From a bacterium (GTDB lineage Bacteria > J088 > JAWLBW01): DNA of 64,000 bases. Shown here piece by piece: positions 8,662 to 18,137 of the stretch. The stretch is taken from assembly GCA_041690355.1 (NCBI GenBank), contig JAWLHK010000004.1, forward strand, positions 124,001 to 188,000, given 5' to 3'. The position numbers and the translations under genes are program-made. Position 1 is the first letter of the stretch; each line of letters starts with the position of its first letter. Below the pieces are notes generated by a model. It worked only from the letters and a program-made list of their open reading frames with translations. It had not been told where the DNA came from and ran no database searches.

Positions 8662-8692
8662 GCCCAGCGCCCAGCGACCAGCGTCCAGCGTC
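8662..8692. repeat. Heptamer array GNCCAGC x4
   Basis: GCCCAGC GCCCAGC GACCAGC GTCCAGC; related three-unit copy at 6734-6754. Confidence 0.7.
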
Positions 8693-8700
8693 GGCGCGCC

Positions 8701-9444
8701 CTACTCCGTAAGGTACTGCTCGAGCTCAATCGTCGGAAGAATTCGCCCGAACCAGCCGGTGAACTGGGGAAAGGTGTTCGTGATCATGAGCAGGCCGAGG
8801 GCGACGAGCATGACGCCGCTCGCCTTGGTGACGTAGCCGAGAAACCGGCTCGCCTTGCGCATGCGCCCGATGAACCAGGGAAAGGCGATGCCGGCGAGCA
8901 GAAACGGGATGCCCAGCCCCAGCGCGTAGGCCCCCAGCAGGTAGATCCCGGTGGCGACGCTGCCGGTCGAGCTCGCCAGCAGCAGGATGGACCCGAGAAT
9001 CGGGCCGATGCAGGGGGTCCACCCCAGAGCGAAGGTCATGCCCACCACCACGGTACCCAGGTAGCCGTGGGGCTTGTTGGCCAGGTGGATGCGTTTTTCC
9101 TGCTCCAGCGCGCCCCACTTGAGCAGGCCGAGCAGGTAAAAGCCGAACAGCAGAACGACGACGCCGCCGACGCGCATGAGGATGCCCGAGTACTGAAACA
9201 CGAGCGAGCCGAGCGCCGTGGCCGAGGCGCCCAGCAGGATGAAGATCAGGGAGAACCCGAGCACGAAGGCCGCGGCATGAAACGCCGCCACGCGCCGCAT
9301 GGCCTTGTTCTCATGTTCGAGCTGGTCGAACGAAAGGCCGGTGATGAACACCATGTAGCTCGGCACCAGCGGCAGTACGCAGGGCGAGACGAAAGATACA
9401 AAACCGGCCGCGAGGGCCAGAAGTGCCGAAGCGTTGGACTCCAT
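8701..9444 (-). CDS. ccdA: Cytochrome c biogenesis protein CcdA
   Basis: SFVSPCVLPLVP and GWTPCIGPIL Cys motifs; multiple TM segments. Confidence 0.93.
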   Translation of the reverse strand: MESNASALLALAAGFVSFVSPCVLPLVPSYMVFITGLSFDQLEHENKAMRRVAAFHAAAFVLGFSLIFILLGASATALGSLVFQYSGILMRVGGVVVLLFGFYLLGLLKWGALEQEKRIHLANKPHGYLGTVVVGMTFALGWTPCIGPILGSILLLASSTGSVATGIYLLGAYALGLGIPFLLAGIAFPWFIGRMRKASRFLGYVTKASGVMLVALGLLMITNTFPQFTGWFGRILPTIELEQYLTE

Positions 9445-9519
9445 AACAACCCGGGAAAAGGATCAGTATAGCGGAATCCGGGGGGCGCGCGCCGCGCAGG
9501 AGGGCTCAGAAAGCGAAGC

Positions 9520-9984
9520 TCAATGCGAGTTGTAATGCTGCAGGAGGCCGATTTTGCCGGCGTAGTTCGCAAACCGCTCGTCCATCTCTCGCGAGCGGCG
9601 CACGAGCACGGTCACCAGGTTGCGCAGCAGATGCCGGGCGGCGGGGCGTTCGTGCGAGAGAACCTCGAGCAGATCGGTCTGGGCCAGCATGCGGACATTC
9701 ACGTCCGTGATGGCCACGGCGTCATCGAGCGAGGGCTGGCCGTCGAGGACGCCGATTTCGCCGAAGAAGTGCCCCGGCCCCAGTTCCCCCAGAAAACTCG
9801 TCTGGGTGGGACCGATACGTCGGGAGAGGCGGACGCGTCCGCCGTCGAGCAAGTAGATGAATTCACAGGAATCGCCCGCAGAAATCAGGCGCGTACCGGC
9901 CAGATAGGTCCGGTGCTTGAACAGAGGCTGCAACCACTCGAGCTCGCCTGCCGGCAGCCCGCGCAGGAGTCGGTTCGGTTCCAC
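9520..9984 (-). CDS. Stand-alone cyclic-nucleotide-binding domain protein
   Basis: FIYLLDGGRVRL...LGPGHFFGEIGVLDG; no HTH after the cNMP domain. Confidence 0.85.
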   Translation of the reverse strand: MEPNRLLRGLPAGELEWLQPLFKHRTYLAGTRLISAGDSCEFIYLLDGGRVRLSRRIGPTQTSFLGELGPGHFFGEIGVLDGQPSLDDAVAITDVNVRMLAQTDLLEVLSHERPAARHLLRNLVTVLVRRSREMDERFANYAGKIGLLQHYNSH

Positions 9985-10064
9985 GCCCTAAACGTACCAC
10001 GGATGTCCCCTCCCGCCAAGGGGTCTCCTGCAAAAAGTTCCCCGTATAATGGGCTTACGCACCT

Positions 10065-10256
10065 ATGTGGACGCTGTTTGCCATTCTCCTGGCGCTGTGG
10101 ACCGCGGGCCTCTTTCTCGGGGTCACGGCGGGCAATCTCATCCACCTGCTTCTGATTCTGGCGCTCGTCCTGCTCGTGCTTCAGTGGTACTCCAGACCGC
10201 CGGCCGCGCAGGACGGCGACGGCGAAGACCCCCGCCCGTCCCGGGGGAGAGGCTGA
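10065..10256 (+). CDS. Small membrane protein, lmo0937 family
   Basis: MWTLFAILLALW...GNLIHLLLILAL pattern; TATAAT at 10045. Confidence 0.75.
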   Translation: MWTLFAILLALWTAGLFLGVTAGNLIHLLLILALVLLVLQWYSRPPAAQDGDGEDPRPSRGRG

Positions 10257-10260
10257 TCCG

Positions 10261-11775
10261 ATGCGCAGGCTCTGGCGACGCTCCTCCCGCAGGCCCCGAC
10301 GCGTCATCCAGCTCATCATCGACGGCATGCATCCGCGCGTGCTGCGCCGCGAGCTCGCGGCGGGGCGCCTGCCCCACTTCGGCCTGCTCGCCGACGCCGG
10401 GCGCACGCAGTGGGACGCCGTCTCGGTTTTCCCGACCTCGACTCCGACGGCCGTAAGTTCGATTCTCACCGGCGTGGGGCCCGATCGGCACCATATTCCA
10501 GGCATGTACTGGTGGGACCGCCGCTCGGCCGGGCCCGTGTACTACGGCGAACGGATCGGTATCATCCGCCAGCACTTCGACCGCTTCTTCGAGAACATCG
10601 TCGACGGGCTGAACGGGCGCCACCTGAACACCGCCGTGCGCACCGTCTTCGAGCACCTGCACCATCACGGCCTCGATTCGGCCTCGATCAACAACCTCTG
10701 CTTTCGCGGGCCGCACGCCGCGCCGACGACCCTCCCCTACTTTCTGCGCGCCATTCCCGGCGTGCGCTTCGCCGTCGCGCAGGTGCACGGGCCACGCCAC
10801 TTGCGCTTCGGCGACTTCGCGCGCAGCGGCTCGGGCGGCGCGAGCATCTTCGGTGAAGAGGGCCCCTTCCGGCAATTCGGCATCAGCGACAGCTGCACCC
10901 TCGCCGCCTTTCTCGACCTGGCCGGGCGGGGCGAGCTCCCCCCTTATCTCTCGCTCTACTTTCCCGACAACGACGTGTGGAGCCACGAGCACGGGCCCGA
11001 GTCGACCGGCGTCATCCTGCGGCGTCTCGACGGACAGCTCGGCTGCATACTCGACGCGCTGGGGGGGCGTGAGCGGGCGCTCGAGAACAATACCTTCGTC
11101 GTCGTCGCCGATCACGCCCAGATGCCCGTGGGCACCCGGGAGAGCTGCGCCATCGACCTCGACCTACTCCTGCACGACCTTCACCGCCTCCCCCTGGGCC
11201 AGCCCTGGCGCGACGAAGACGCTTTCATCTGCCCCAACTGCCGCTTCGCCCAGATCTACCTCCATCCCGGACGCAGGCGGCTGCGCGAGCGGGTCATCGA
11301 CCGGCTGCGCGCCGATGCGCGCATCGACCACCTGCTGTGGCGCGAAGGGGCCGAGTTTCACGTCCTGCGCGTCGCGGGCCAACGCCGGCTTCGTTTCCGC
11401 ATCGGGGGGCCCCTGCGCGACCGGTTCGGCAACGCCTGGAGCTGCGCGGGAGATCTTTCTGCGCTCGAACTCGAGACCGACGGAGCCGAGCTCACCAGTT
11501 ACGCCTACCCCGACGCACTCCTGCGTATCGCCGAAGCCCTGCAGAACCCGTCTGCCGGAGACATCCTCCTGACGGCGACGCCCGAACACGAGTTCGCCGG
11601 TAACGGAGAGGAGATCTACCTCGGGGGCGGCAGCCACGGTGGCCTTCATCGTGAAGAATCTCTGGTGCCGCTGCTCGTGGCGGGCGCTTCGGCCGACAGG
11701 CTCCTGCGCACGAGCCGCACGGTCGACGTTCTCGACCTCACGCTCTCTGCGCTGAATCTCAAGCGCACAGGCTGA
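10261..11775 (+). CDS. Alkaline phosphatase superfamily / type I phosphodiesterase-nucleotide pyrophosphatase
   Basis: IIDGM, SVFPTSTPT, PDNDVWSHEHGP, VVVADHAQ, GGGSHGGL. Confidence 0.88.
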   Translation: MRRLWRRSSRRPRRVIQLIIDGMHPRVLRRELAAGRLPHFGLLADAGRTQWDAVSVFPTSTPTAVSSILTGVGPDRHHIPGMYWWDRRSAGPVYYGERIGIIRQHFDRFFENIVDGLNGRHLNTAVRTVFEHLHHHGLDSASINNLCFRGPHAAPTTLPYFLRAIPGVRFAVAQVHGPRHLRFGDFARSGSGGASIFGEEGPFRQFGISDSCTLAAFLDLAGRGELPPYLSLYFPDNDVWSHEHGPESTGVILRRLDGQLGCILDALGGRERALENNTFVVVADHAQMPVGTRESCAIDLDLLLHDLHRLPLGQPWRDEDAFICPNCRFAQIYLHPGRRRLRERVIDRLRADARIDHLLWREGAEFHVLRVAGQRRLRFRIGGPLRDRFGNAWSCAGDLSALELETDGAELTSYAYPDALLRIAEALQNPSAGDILLTATPEHEFAGNGEEIYLGGGSHGGLHREESLVPLLVAGASADRLLRTSRTVDVLDLTLSALNLKRTG

Positions 11776-11852
11776 CCGCCGCCCCCCTGGGTATCCTGCC
11801 CCGGCCTGCGCGTCCGGGGCCCGGCCGGCCGCCGTCTGCTAAACTGAAGACC

Positions 11853-13916
11853 ATGACCTTCGGCGCCTATGAACGCCTGAGCCTCTACGTCACCGTCGGC
11901 CTGAGCCTGCTGCTCATCGCGTCGACCGGCGAGCTGGCGGCCCAGTACTACCTGATCGCCGCCCTGGGGCTCGCGGGGCGCATCGGGCTCGAACGCCGGA
12001 GCATGCCGGGGCCGATGCCGTCGGCAACCATCCCGGCGCTCATCGCCTTCGCGTTCTTCATCGTCGACGTCTTCTGGCTGGCCACGAACATCCTCATGGC
12101 CGTCACCGACTTCGTGCTGCTGCTGCTCTTCGCCAAACTGCTCGGCGACCGGCGGGTACGCGATAATCTGCAGATCATCGGCCTCAGCTTTCTGCTCGTG
12201 CTCTCGGCCACCGTCATGATGGTCGAAGCGCTCTTCGGCCTGCTCTTTCTCGGCTACGTTTTTGCGTCGCTGTGGGCCCTCATTCTGCAGAACCTGCGCA
12301 CGCAGTGGGAGGCGGCGGGCAACGAGACGCGGGTGCTCGAGCGGCGGCATGGCGTGCTCGGACGCGCCTTCGGGGTCGCCGTCGTCGGCCTTGGCGTCGG
12401 CATCATCGCCTTCACGCTGATTTTCTATTTCGCGTTTCCCCGCGTCGGGTTACGCTGGGGCTCGAACCCCTTCGGCCACGCCGAACGCAGCGCGGGCTTC
12501 AGCGATCAGGTGCGCCTGAACGACATCGGGCGCATCAACGCGAATCCCGCCGTCGCCGTGCGCGTCGAGTTTCCCGGCGGCATCCCACCCGAAAAGAATT
12601 CCCTGCGTCGCCTGCGCGGCACCGTGCTCGACAGTTTTGACGGCCAGATGTGGATCGACAGCGGCGACGCCGACCGCCGGCCGGTGCGGGCCATCCCCAA
12701 CCCTGCCTCCGGCTGGCGTCTGCGCAATGGCGTGCGCAAGGGATCCCTGCGCGTCATCCCCGAAGCGCAGTACAGGGGCAATCTTTTTCTCCCCCGCGAA
12801 GCCGTGCACCTCTACGGAGAATTCAATCACATCGCGCGCACCTCGACCGGAAATTTTCTGGCGCGGCGCGGACGTTCGAACCGGCTGAGTTACCAGATCG
12901 ATTACGGCGAGGGTGCGCTCGAGGATGCCGCCCCGGTAGACTCGCACCTCGCCATTCCGCCGTCACTTGCAGAGCCCCTGGAGCAGAGCATCCGGGAGCT
13001 CGCGCCCCGTGAAGCAGAAGGGGCCGCTCTTGCGCAGGCGCTCACCGACGGGCTGCGCGGCCAATACCTGTATACCCTCGACGTTCCGCCCCTTGACGAA
13101 CAGGCACCCCTGGCCGACTTTCTGCGCCGTACGCGCACCGGCCACTGCGAACTGTTCGCTTCGAGCCTGGCCCTCATGCTGCGCGCGCGCGGCATCCCCA
13201 CGCGCATCGTCAACGGTTTTGCCGGCGGCGAAGTCTGGGACGATTCCTCCGTCGTTTTCCGCGAACTGCATGCCCACAGCTGGGTCGAGGCGTGGCTGCC
13301 CGAACGGGGGTGGGTCGAGTTCGATCCGACCCCCACGGTGGTCGGCCAGCTGGCCTGGCACACGCGCGCCGTGCATGCGGCCTACCGGCTCGTCGATCGC
13401 GTACGCTTCTGGTGGGGCCTCTGGTTTGTGGAATACGATTTCGAGCGGCAGGCCGAGATCGCCGGCAACTTCCGGGGCGCCTCGACCCAGGTGGGCCGGC
13501 GGCTGAACGAATTTCTCGGCAACCTGCGCTCGCGTCCGATTCCCGAAGCAGTGAAGGTCGGCCTTGCCGCCGTCCTTCTCGTTCCCGCGCTCACCCTGGC
13601 CGTCGTGCTGGCCGTGCGCAACCGGCGACGCGGCGGACGCCTCGAGGCGAGCCGCGTGCAGCGCCTTTACCGCCGGCGGCTGCGGCTGGCCGAGCGGCGG
13701 GCCGTTCGCCACGAAGGCGAAACCGTACTGCGGTTCGCGCGCGACCTGGCCCACCAGGACGCCCGCTGGGTTCCCTTTCTCGAGTACACGGAACTCTATT
13801 ATCGGCTTCGCTTCGGGTCGGCGGCCGCGCAACCCGCCGACGGGCTGCGCTTTCTGGAGCTGCACGCCCGGCTGCCGGCCCTGATCAAGGGACGGGGGCG
13901 CCGGCCGGTGACGTAA
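11853..13916 (+). CDS. Membrane transglutaminase-like protein (TgpA/DUF3488 type)
   Basis: N-terminal TM helices, AFPR..GFSD; triad motifs GHCELFAS, HAHSWVE, FDPTP. Confidence 0.9.
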   Translation: MTFGAYERLSLYVTVGLSLLLIASTGELAAQYYLIAALGLAGRIGLERRSMPGPMPSATIPALIAFAFFIVDVFWLATNILMAVTDFVLLLLFAKLLGDRRVRDNLQIIGLSFLLVLSATVMMVEALFGLLFLGYVFASLWALILQNLRTQWEAAGNETRVLERRHGVLGRAFGVAVVGLGVGIIAFTLIFYFAFPRVGLRWGSNPFGHAERSAGFSDQVRLNDIGRINANPAVAVRVEFPGGIPPEKNSLRRLRGTVLDSFDGQMWIDSGDADRRPVRAIPNPASGWRLRNGVRKGSLRVIPEAQYRGNLFLPREAVHLYGEFNHIARTSTGNFLARRGRSNRLSYQIDYGEGALEDAAPVDSHLAIPPSLAEPLEQSIRELAPREAEGAALAQALTDGLRGQYLYTLDVPPLDEQAPLADFLRRTRTGHCELFASSLALMLRARGIPTRIVNGFAGGEVWDDSSVVFRELHAHSWVEAWLPERGWVEFDPTPTVVGQLAWHTRAVHAAYRLVDRVRFWWGLWFVEYDFERQAEIAGNFRGASTQVGRRLNEFLGNLRSRPIPEAVKVGLAAVLLVPALTLAVVLAVRNRRRGGRLEASRVQRLYRRRLRLAERRAVRHEGETVLRFARDLAHQDARWVPFLEYTELYYRLRFGSAAAQPADGLRFLELHARLPALIKGRGRRPVT

Positions 13917-14679
13917 CCGGTGCCGCAGCGGCTTCTCCCGTGTCCGGCGCGGCCTCTGCCGGGGCCGTCACGGCGGCGGCTCCGGTTACGGGGGCGGGCA
14001 TCGCGCGCGCGGCGTGCATGCGCTGGCGGTTCTGGGCGGCCGTCATCTCCGTGGGCGGAATCATGGCGTCGACCAGGGCCACGAACCGGCTCGTTTCTTC
14101 GCGCGTAAACTGCGGGGGGCAATCCTCGCATTCAGCCTGGCCCGCCGTCAACAGCGCCTGCCAGATTGTGCCGGCCTGCTCCTGCTCGTCGAGCGAGGGC
14201 GCATCGTCGGGATACAGCATCGTCGGCACGCTCCAGCCTGTAAACCGCTGCAGCGCGTCCCAGAAGCGCTCCCGCTCGAGCCGCGTGTGCTCGGGACTCA
14301 GGTACGGACGAATCTGCGCGCGCAGCATCGGGTAGCTCTCTTCGCGCAGCCAATCGGGAAAGCGCGCCAGAAAGACGCCGGTCGCCACCAGCGATACCAG
14401 GACGAACGCCTGAAGGGCCAGGTCGAAAAGCGGAATGCGCGCACTGCGCCCCGTGATCCGACCGAGTACGCCCACGGCAGCCACCAGGGCCAGCACGAGC
14501 AGGGCCGCCGCCGGCGCGACGATCGTGAGAAAGACGGCAACGACGAGCTCCACGCGCACCGGCAGTCCGAGCATGCCGGCCATCAGGAACAGGACGAAAA
14601 AGAAACCGGCGACAGCCGCGAGCCTGGCCATGCGCGTCGGCGGAATGGACGAGGGGGTTCCCCGTTGGGTTTCACTCAC
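13885..14679 (-). CDS. Hypothetical membrane protein
   Basis: Probable GTG start overlapping the end of the upstream glycosyltransferase; three hydrophobic segments, CEDC motif, Ala/Pro-rich tail. Confidence 0.6.
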   Translation of the reverse strand: MSETQRGTPSSIPPTRMARLAAVAGFFFVLFLMAGMLGLPVRVELVVAVFLTIVAPAAALLVLALVAAVGVLGRITGRSARIPLFDLALQAFVLVSLVATGVFLARFPDWLREESYPMLRAQIRPYLSPEHTRLERERFWDALQRFTGWSVPTMLYPDDAPSLDEQEQAGTIWQALLTAGQAECEDCPPQFTREETSRFVALVDAMIPPTEMTAAQNRQRMHAARAMPAPVTGAAAVTAPAEAAPDTGEAAAAPVTSPAGAPVP

Positions 14680-15499
14680 GGAGGCCTCCGGTTTCAGCCG
14701 GCGAATCGGCCGGGGGCGCAGGACGGGGCCGCAGGCGCGCGCGCACCACGCGCAGCAGGAACTGCGGGTTGCCGACGGCATAGCGACGGAAATGGCGGCC
14801 GGGATGCCGGGCGAGGCGGTGCAACCACTCCAGGCCGTTGTCGGTCATCCACTTCGGCGCGCGCTGCTCGATGCCCGTGTACCAGCGAAAGAGGGCACCG
14901 ACGGGAATCTGTACGCGGGGGCGCAGCCGCGCGGCGTTTTCTTCGAGCCACTTCTCCTGCAGCGGCATGCCGAAGCCGACGAGCAGATGCACGGCGCCCG
15001 AAGCGTTGACCGCCTCGATCACGGCGTCGTTCTCGGCGCCCTGTTTGGCGAAGAAGCCGTGATGCGCGCCGGCGCTGCGGTATCCGGGGTGGCGCTCGGC
15101 AAGAAGCTGCTGGAACCGGGCGGCGACGCCGTCTTCATCGCCCAGCGCAAAGACACTCTGGCCGGCTGCGGCGGTCGCGGCGGCGAAGGCATCGATCCAG
15201 TCCGGAGGGGTCATGCGGTGAGGAATCGGCTTGCCGAGCAGCGATGCGCCCCACTTCACGCCGAACCCGTCGCAGAAGACCAGATCGGCGCGCCGGAGCG
15301 CGGCGTGGAACTCCGGGTCGCCCGCCGCCAGGTTCATGGCGTGCACGTTGACGTTGTAACAGCGGCGCTGCTGCGCTCGGCCTCCCCAGGCGACGAGGGT
15401 GGCGACGAGCTCATCCGGCGAAACGGGATGAATGGGTACGCCCAGAACCTCGACCGGCGCGGGGATCAGGGGATCGCGTAGAGGTTGCGAAGCACCCAT
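14672..15499 (-). CDS. WecG/TagA/CpsF family glycosyltransferase
   Basis: NVNVH, ADLVFCDGFGV, HHGFF, VGFGMPLQEKW, RAPKWMTDNGLEWLHRL. Confidence 0.92.
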   Translation of the reverse strand: MGASQPLRDPLIPAPVEVLGVPIHPVSPDELVATLVAWGGRAQQRRCYNVNVHAMNLAAGDPEFHAALRRADLVFCDGFGVKWGASLLGKPIPHRMTPPDWIDAFAAATAAAGQSVFALGDEDGVAARFQQLLAERHPGYRSAGAHHGFFAKQGAENDAVIEAVNASGAVHLLVGFGMPLQEKWLEENAARLRPRVQIPVGALFRWYTGIEQRAPKWMTDNGLEWLHRLARHPGRHFRRYAVGNPQFLLRVVRARLRPRPAPPADSPAETGGLRE

Positions 15500-17004
15500 G
15501 AGTCTCCCTCGCGCCGCGCCTCTACGGCGCGCACGATCCCCTCGGCGGGGAGCGGCACCAGAAGGCGCCCCTGCCGGTCTTCGGCGATGTCGGTGCCCGT
15601 GCCCGACAGATTCACCGGCGATACGCCGTTGTCACTCTGGAACACGAAGCGATCGTTGCGGGTCGGCTCGCGGCTGCCCGCCTCGATCGTGAGGGCGAGC
15701 CCCTCGGCCTCGAGCGTCTCTCCGGTGTCGACGCGACCGATGACGCCCGAAATCGAACCCCGAACCACCCAGCTGCCTCCCGCGCGCAGCGTATAGGAGA
15801 CGCGCGCCGCCAGCGGTTGGGTAACCGGTTCGAAGTACAGGCGCGTGGCCGTGGCGCCGGTCACGGTGGTGGCCTGTCCGTCGAGGTCCAAGGGATCGCC
15901 TGCACGGACCCCGAGGGCGAGCCAGTCGGAGCCGATCAGGGCGCCGTCTTCGCGCACCGTCGCGCCCTGCGAGAGCACGCCTTCGTAGCGAACCTCCCAA
16001 GGCTGATCGGCCAGGCGCGAGGCGCAGCCGGTGGCGGTCACCGTGCCCAGCCGCGGATCGGACAGCTCGCCTTCGTCGAGAAACGTCACGCCCGTCACGC
16101 GGAAACCGAGGGCGTCGGTGTCGACCCCGCAGAGCTCCCCTTCGGTGGAGAAGAAATAGAGGCCGCCGTTCAGGTTGAGCACGGCCACGAGCGCGGCATC
16201 GGCGGCGCGCAGGAAGTGCACCCGCCAGGGAAAGCCGGGGAGCTCGATTTCGTCTTCGAGCTCGAGCGAGGCGTCGTAGAGCTGCAGGCGGTTCGACGTG
16301 ATGACGGCGAGACGGCCGCTTGCGGGGTCGACGTCGAGATCCATCGGCGCGCCGGCAAGGTCGACCGTCGCCGCCGTGGCCAGATCGGGCCAGCGCAAGG
16401 CCAGCAACCGGTCGTCCAGATCGTTGATGGCATAGGCCGTCACGCCGTCGGCACTGAAGGCGACCGTGCGCGCAAAGGGGCCCGCCGCCGTCGTTTCCGA
16501 GGGAAACCGGCGCCACACGCCGTCGGGCTCGACGACCGCGAACTCGCCGCCCGGCGCCGCGTAGGGCCCGGTGGCGCCCGGATCGACCGTCCACGACGTC
16601 GCGTTCGTGTCGGTTACCGGCAGCGTCGCCAGCGAAAGTTTGACCAGCAGCCCCATCCGCTCTCCACTGCCGTCGCCCGTGTCGAGGTTGGCGAGAAGGG
16701 CCAGATCCTGCGTCTCGGGATGCAGGCGCATGCCCGAATAGATGGGCTGCGGCGTGAGAAACCGCGACCGCGCGGGCACGTCGAGCCCCCGCCCATCCGG
16801 CGTCATCGACACGAATGCCTGCCCGGCGCCGTCCCACTGGTAAATCGCGGGGCGCCGCGTGTCGAGATGAAAACTGGACGTCGTTCCGGCTTCGGCGAAC
16901 CAGGGGGTCCCCATCACGTTGGGCACCGGCTCCTCGGATCCGCCGCAGGCGGCCAGCCCCCAGGGGGCCAGAAGGAGAAGCGCAATGTGCAGTCGAATTT
17001 TCAC
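15466..17004 (-). CDS. Hypothetical lipoprotein, beta-propeller-like with inserted beta domains
   Basis: Lipobox LAAC; blade-like segments (VAFSADG, PMDLDVDP, PWRVHF); GTGA overlap with upstream gene. Confidence 0.6.
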   Translation of the reverse strand: MKIRLHIALLLLAPWGLAACGGSEEPVPNVMGTPWFAEAGTTSSFHLDTRRPAIYQWDGAGQAFVSMTPDGRGLDVPARSRFLTPQPIYSGMRLHPETQDLALLANLDTGDGSGERMGLLVKLSLATLPVTDTNATSWTVDPGATGPYAAPGGEFAVVEPDGVWRRFPSETTAAGPFARTVAFSADGVTAYAINDLDDRLLALRWPDLATAATVDLAGAPMDLDVDPASGRLAVITSNRLQLYDASLELEDEIELPGFPWRVHFLRAADAALVAVLNLNGGLYFFSTEGELCGVDTDALGFRVTGVTFLDEGELSDPRLGTVTATGCASRLADQPWEVRYEGVLSQGATVREDGALIGSDWLALGVRAGDPLDLDGQATTVTGATATRLYFEPVTQPLAARVSYTLRAGGSWVVRGSISGVIGRVDTGETLEAEGLALTIEAGSREPTRNDRFVFQSDNGVSPVNLSGTGTDIAEDRQGRLLVPLPAEGIVRAVEARREGDSWVLRNLYAIP

Positions 17005-18137
17005 GGCAGCTCCACCACGCGCAACGACGAAGGCTCGAGCATGCTGACATAGGCGCGCCGCCCGGCCTCGTCGACGAGCATGCGCGACGGACGCCCCGCG
17101 CCGAGGTCAATCGTATGCGTGAGCGTCAGCGGCGCGTTGTCGAACACGTACAGGAAATTGGCCGACAGGCCGACCAGTTCGTCAGCCCCCAGCGGAGCGA
17201 TCGCGAACGGCGGCTCCTGAAGACGCAGGAAGCCGGTGACCTCGGTGCTCACGCGATCGGCCTGCCAGAGGCCGGCGACCCCCGTCTGTTCGGCGGTGTG
17301 GAACAGGGTGTCCGACGGGCCCGGCGGGAGGGCCACCCCCCGGATGGCCGGGGCCACCGTGCTGCCGATGGTCTCCGAGGCGACAAAGGTTCGCAGCGTG
17401 CGCAGGTCGACTCCCGAAATCGCGAATCCATCCAGGATGGCGGCAAAAAGCCTGTCGGTCGCGGTGTCGACCGCAAGCGCCGTCGGCCGGCTCCCGCCGA
17501 CCGGGATGCCGACGCGCTGCAGCTCGCTGAACCGGGCGGCATCGAGCACCCAAAGCCCGCCGGGTTCACCCGACTCGCCCAGGTCGCCCACGGCGAGCAC
17601 GTCACGCGTCACCGGACCCGACGCGCCCCGCTCGGCATCGATGTTCCACGTAGTGGCCACGTCGGGCGCGAGGGCGAGCGTATACGGCGCGCCGCCCGTG
17701 GTCGCCTGCGCAATGACACGACCGGTCTGCGGATCGATGCGGAGAACGGCCCCCCGCTGACGCTCGGCGACGAGCAGCGCATCGCGCCGGGTGTCGTAGA
17801 GCATGTCGGCGAAGAAGCGGAAGTAGCGATCTTCCTCGGCCGCCTCGGGATCGCTGGGGACAATGGGGCGGCCGATCGGCCGGCCGGTTTCGGCATCGAA
17901 GACGGTGATGAAGGATCCGCAGTAGTCGAAATCCCCCTCTTCAGGCGACGCGCTGGCGGCGCTGGCGACGTAGACGCGCCCCTCGTGCAGGGCCATGCCC
18001 GAAGGCTCGGCCAGCTCGCCGGCATCGAGCGGGTGGGCATCGCCGCCCCGGCACTCCGGTACATACGCCGGGGCGCAGGCGGTGAGCCCGGCGGCGGCGA
18101 CGAGAACGGCGATGGGCGGCAGCGGACGAAGATTCAT
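17001..18137 (-). CDS. YncE/YVTN-like beta-propeller lipoprotein
   Basis: ATG overlaps the yidC stop (TGATG); lipobox LTAC; ITVFDAETG, VGGSRPTALAVD, GRRAYVS. Confidence 0.7.
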   Translation of the reverse strand: MNLRPLPPIAVLVAAAGLTACAPAYVPECRGGDAHPLDAGELAEPSGMALHEGRVYVASAASASPEEGDFDYCGSFITVFDAETGRPIGRPIVPSDPEAAEEDRYFRFFADMLYDTRRDALLVAERQRGAVLRIDPQTGRVIAQATTGGAPYTLALAPDVATTWNIDAERGASGPVTRDVLAVGDLGESGEPGGLWVLDAARFSELQRVGIPVGGSRPTALAVDTATDRLFAAILDGFAISGVDLRTLRTFVASETIGSTVAPAIRGVALPPGPSDTLFHTAEQTGVAGLWQADRVSTEVTGFLRLQEPPFAIAPLGADELVGLSANFLYVFDNAPLTLTHTIDLGAGRPSRMLVDEAGRRAYVSMLEPSSLRVVELP

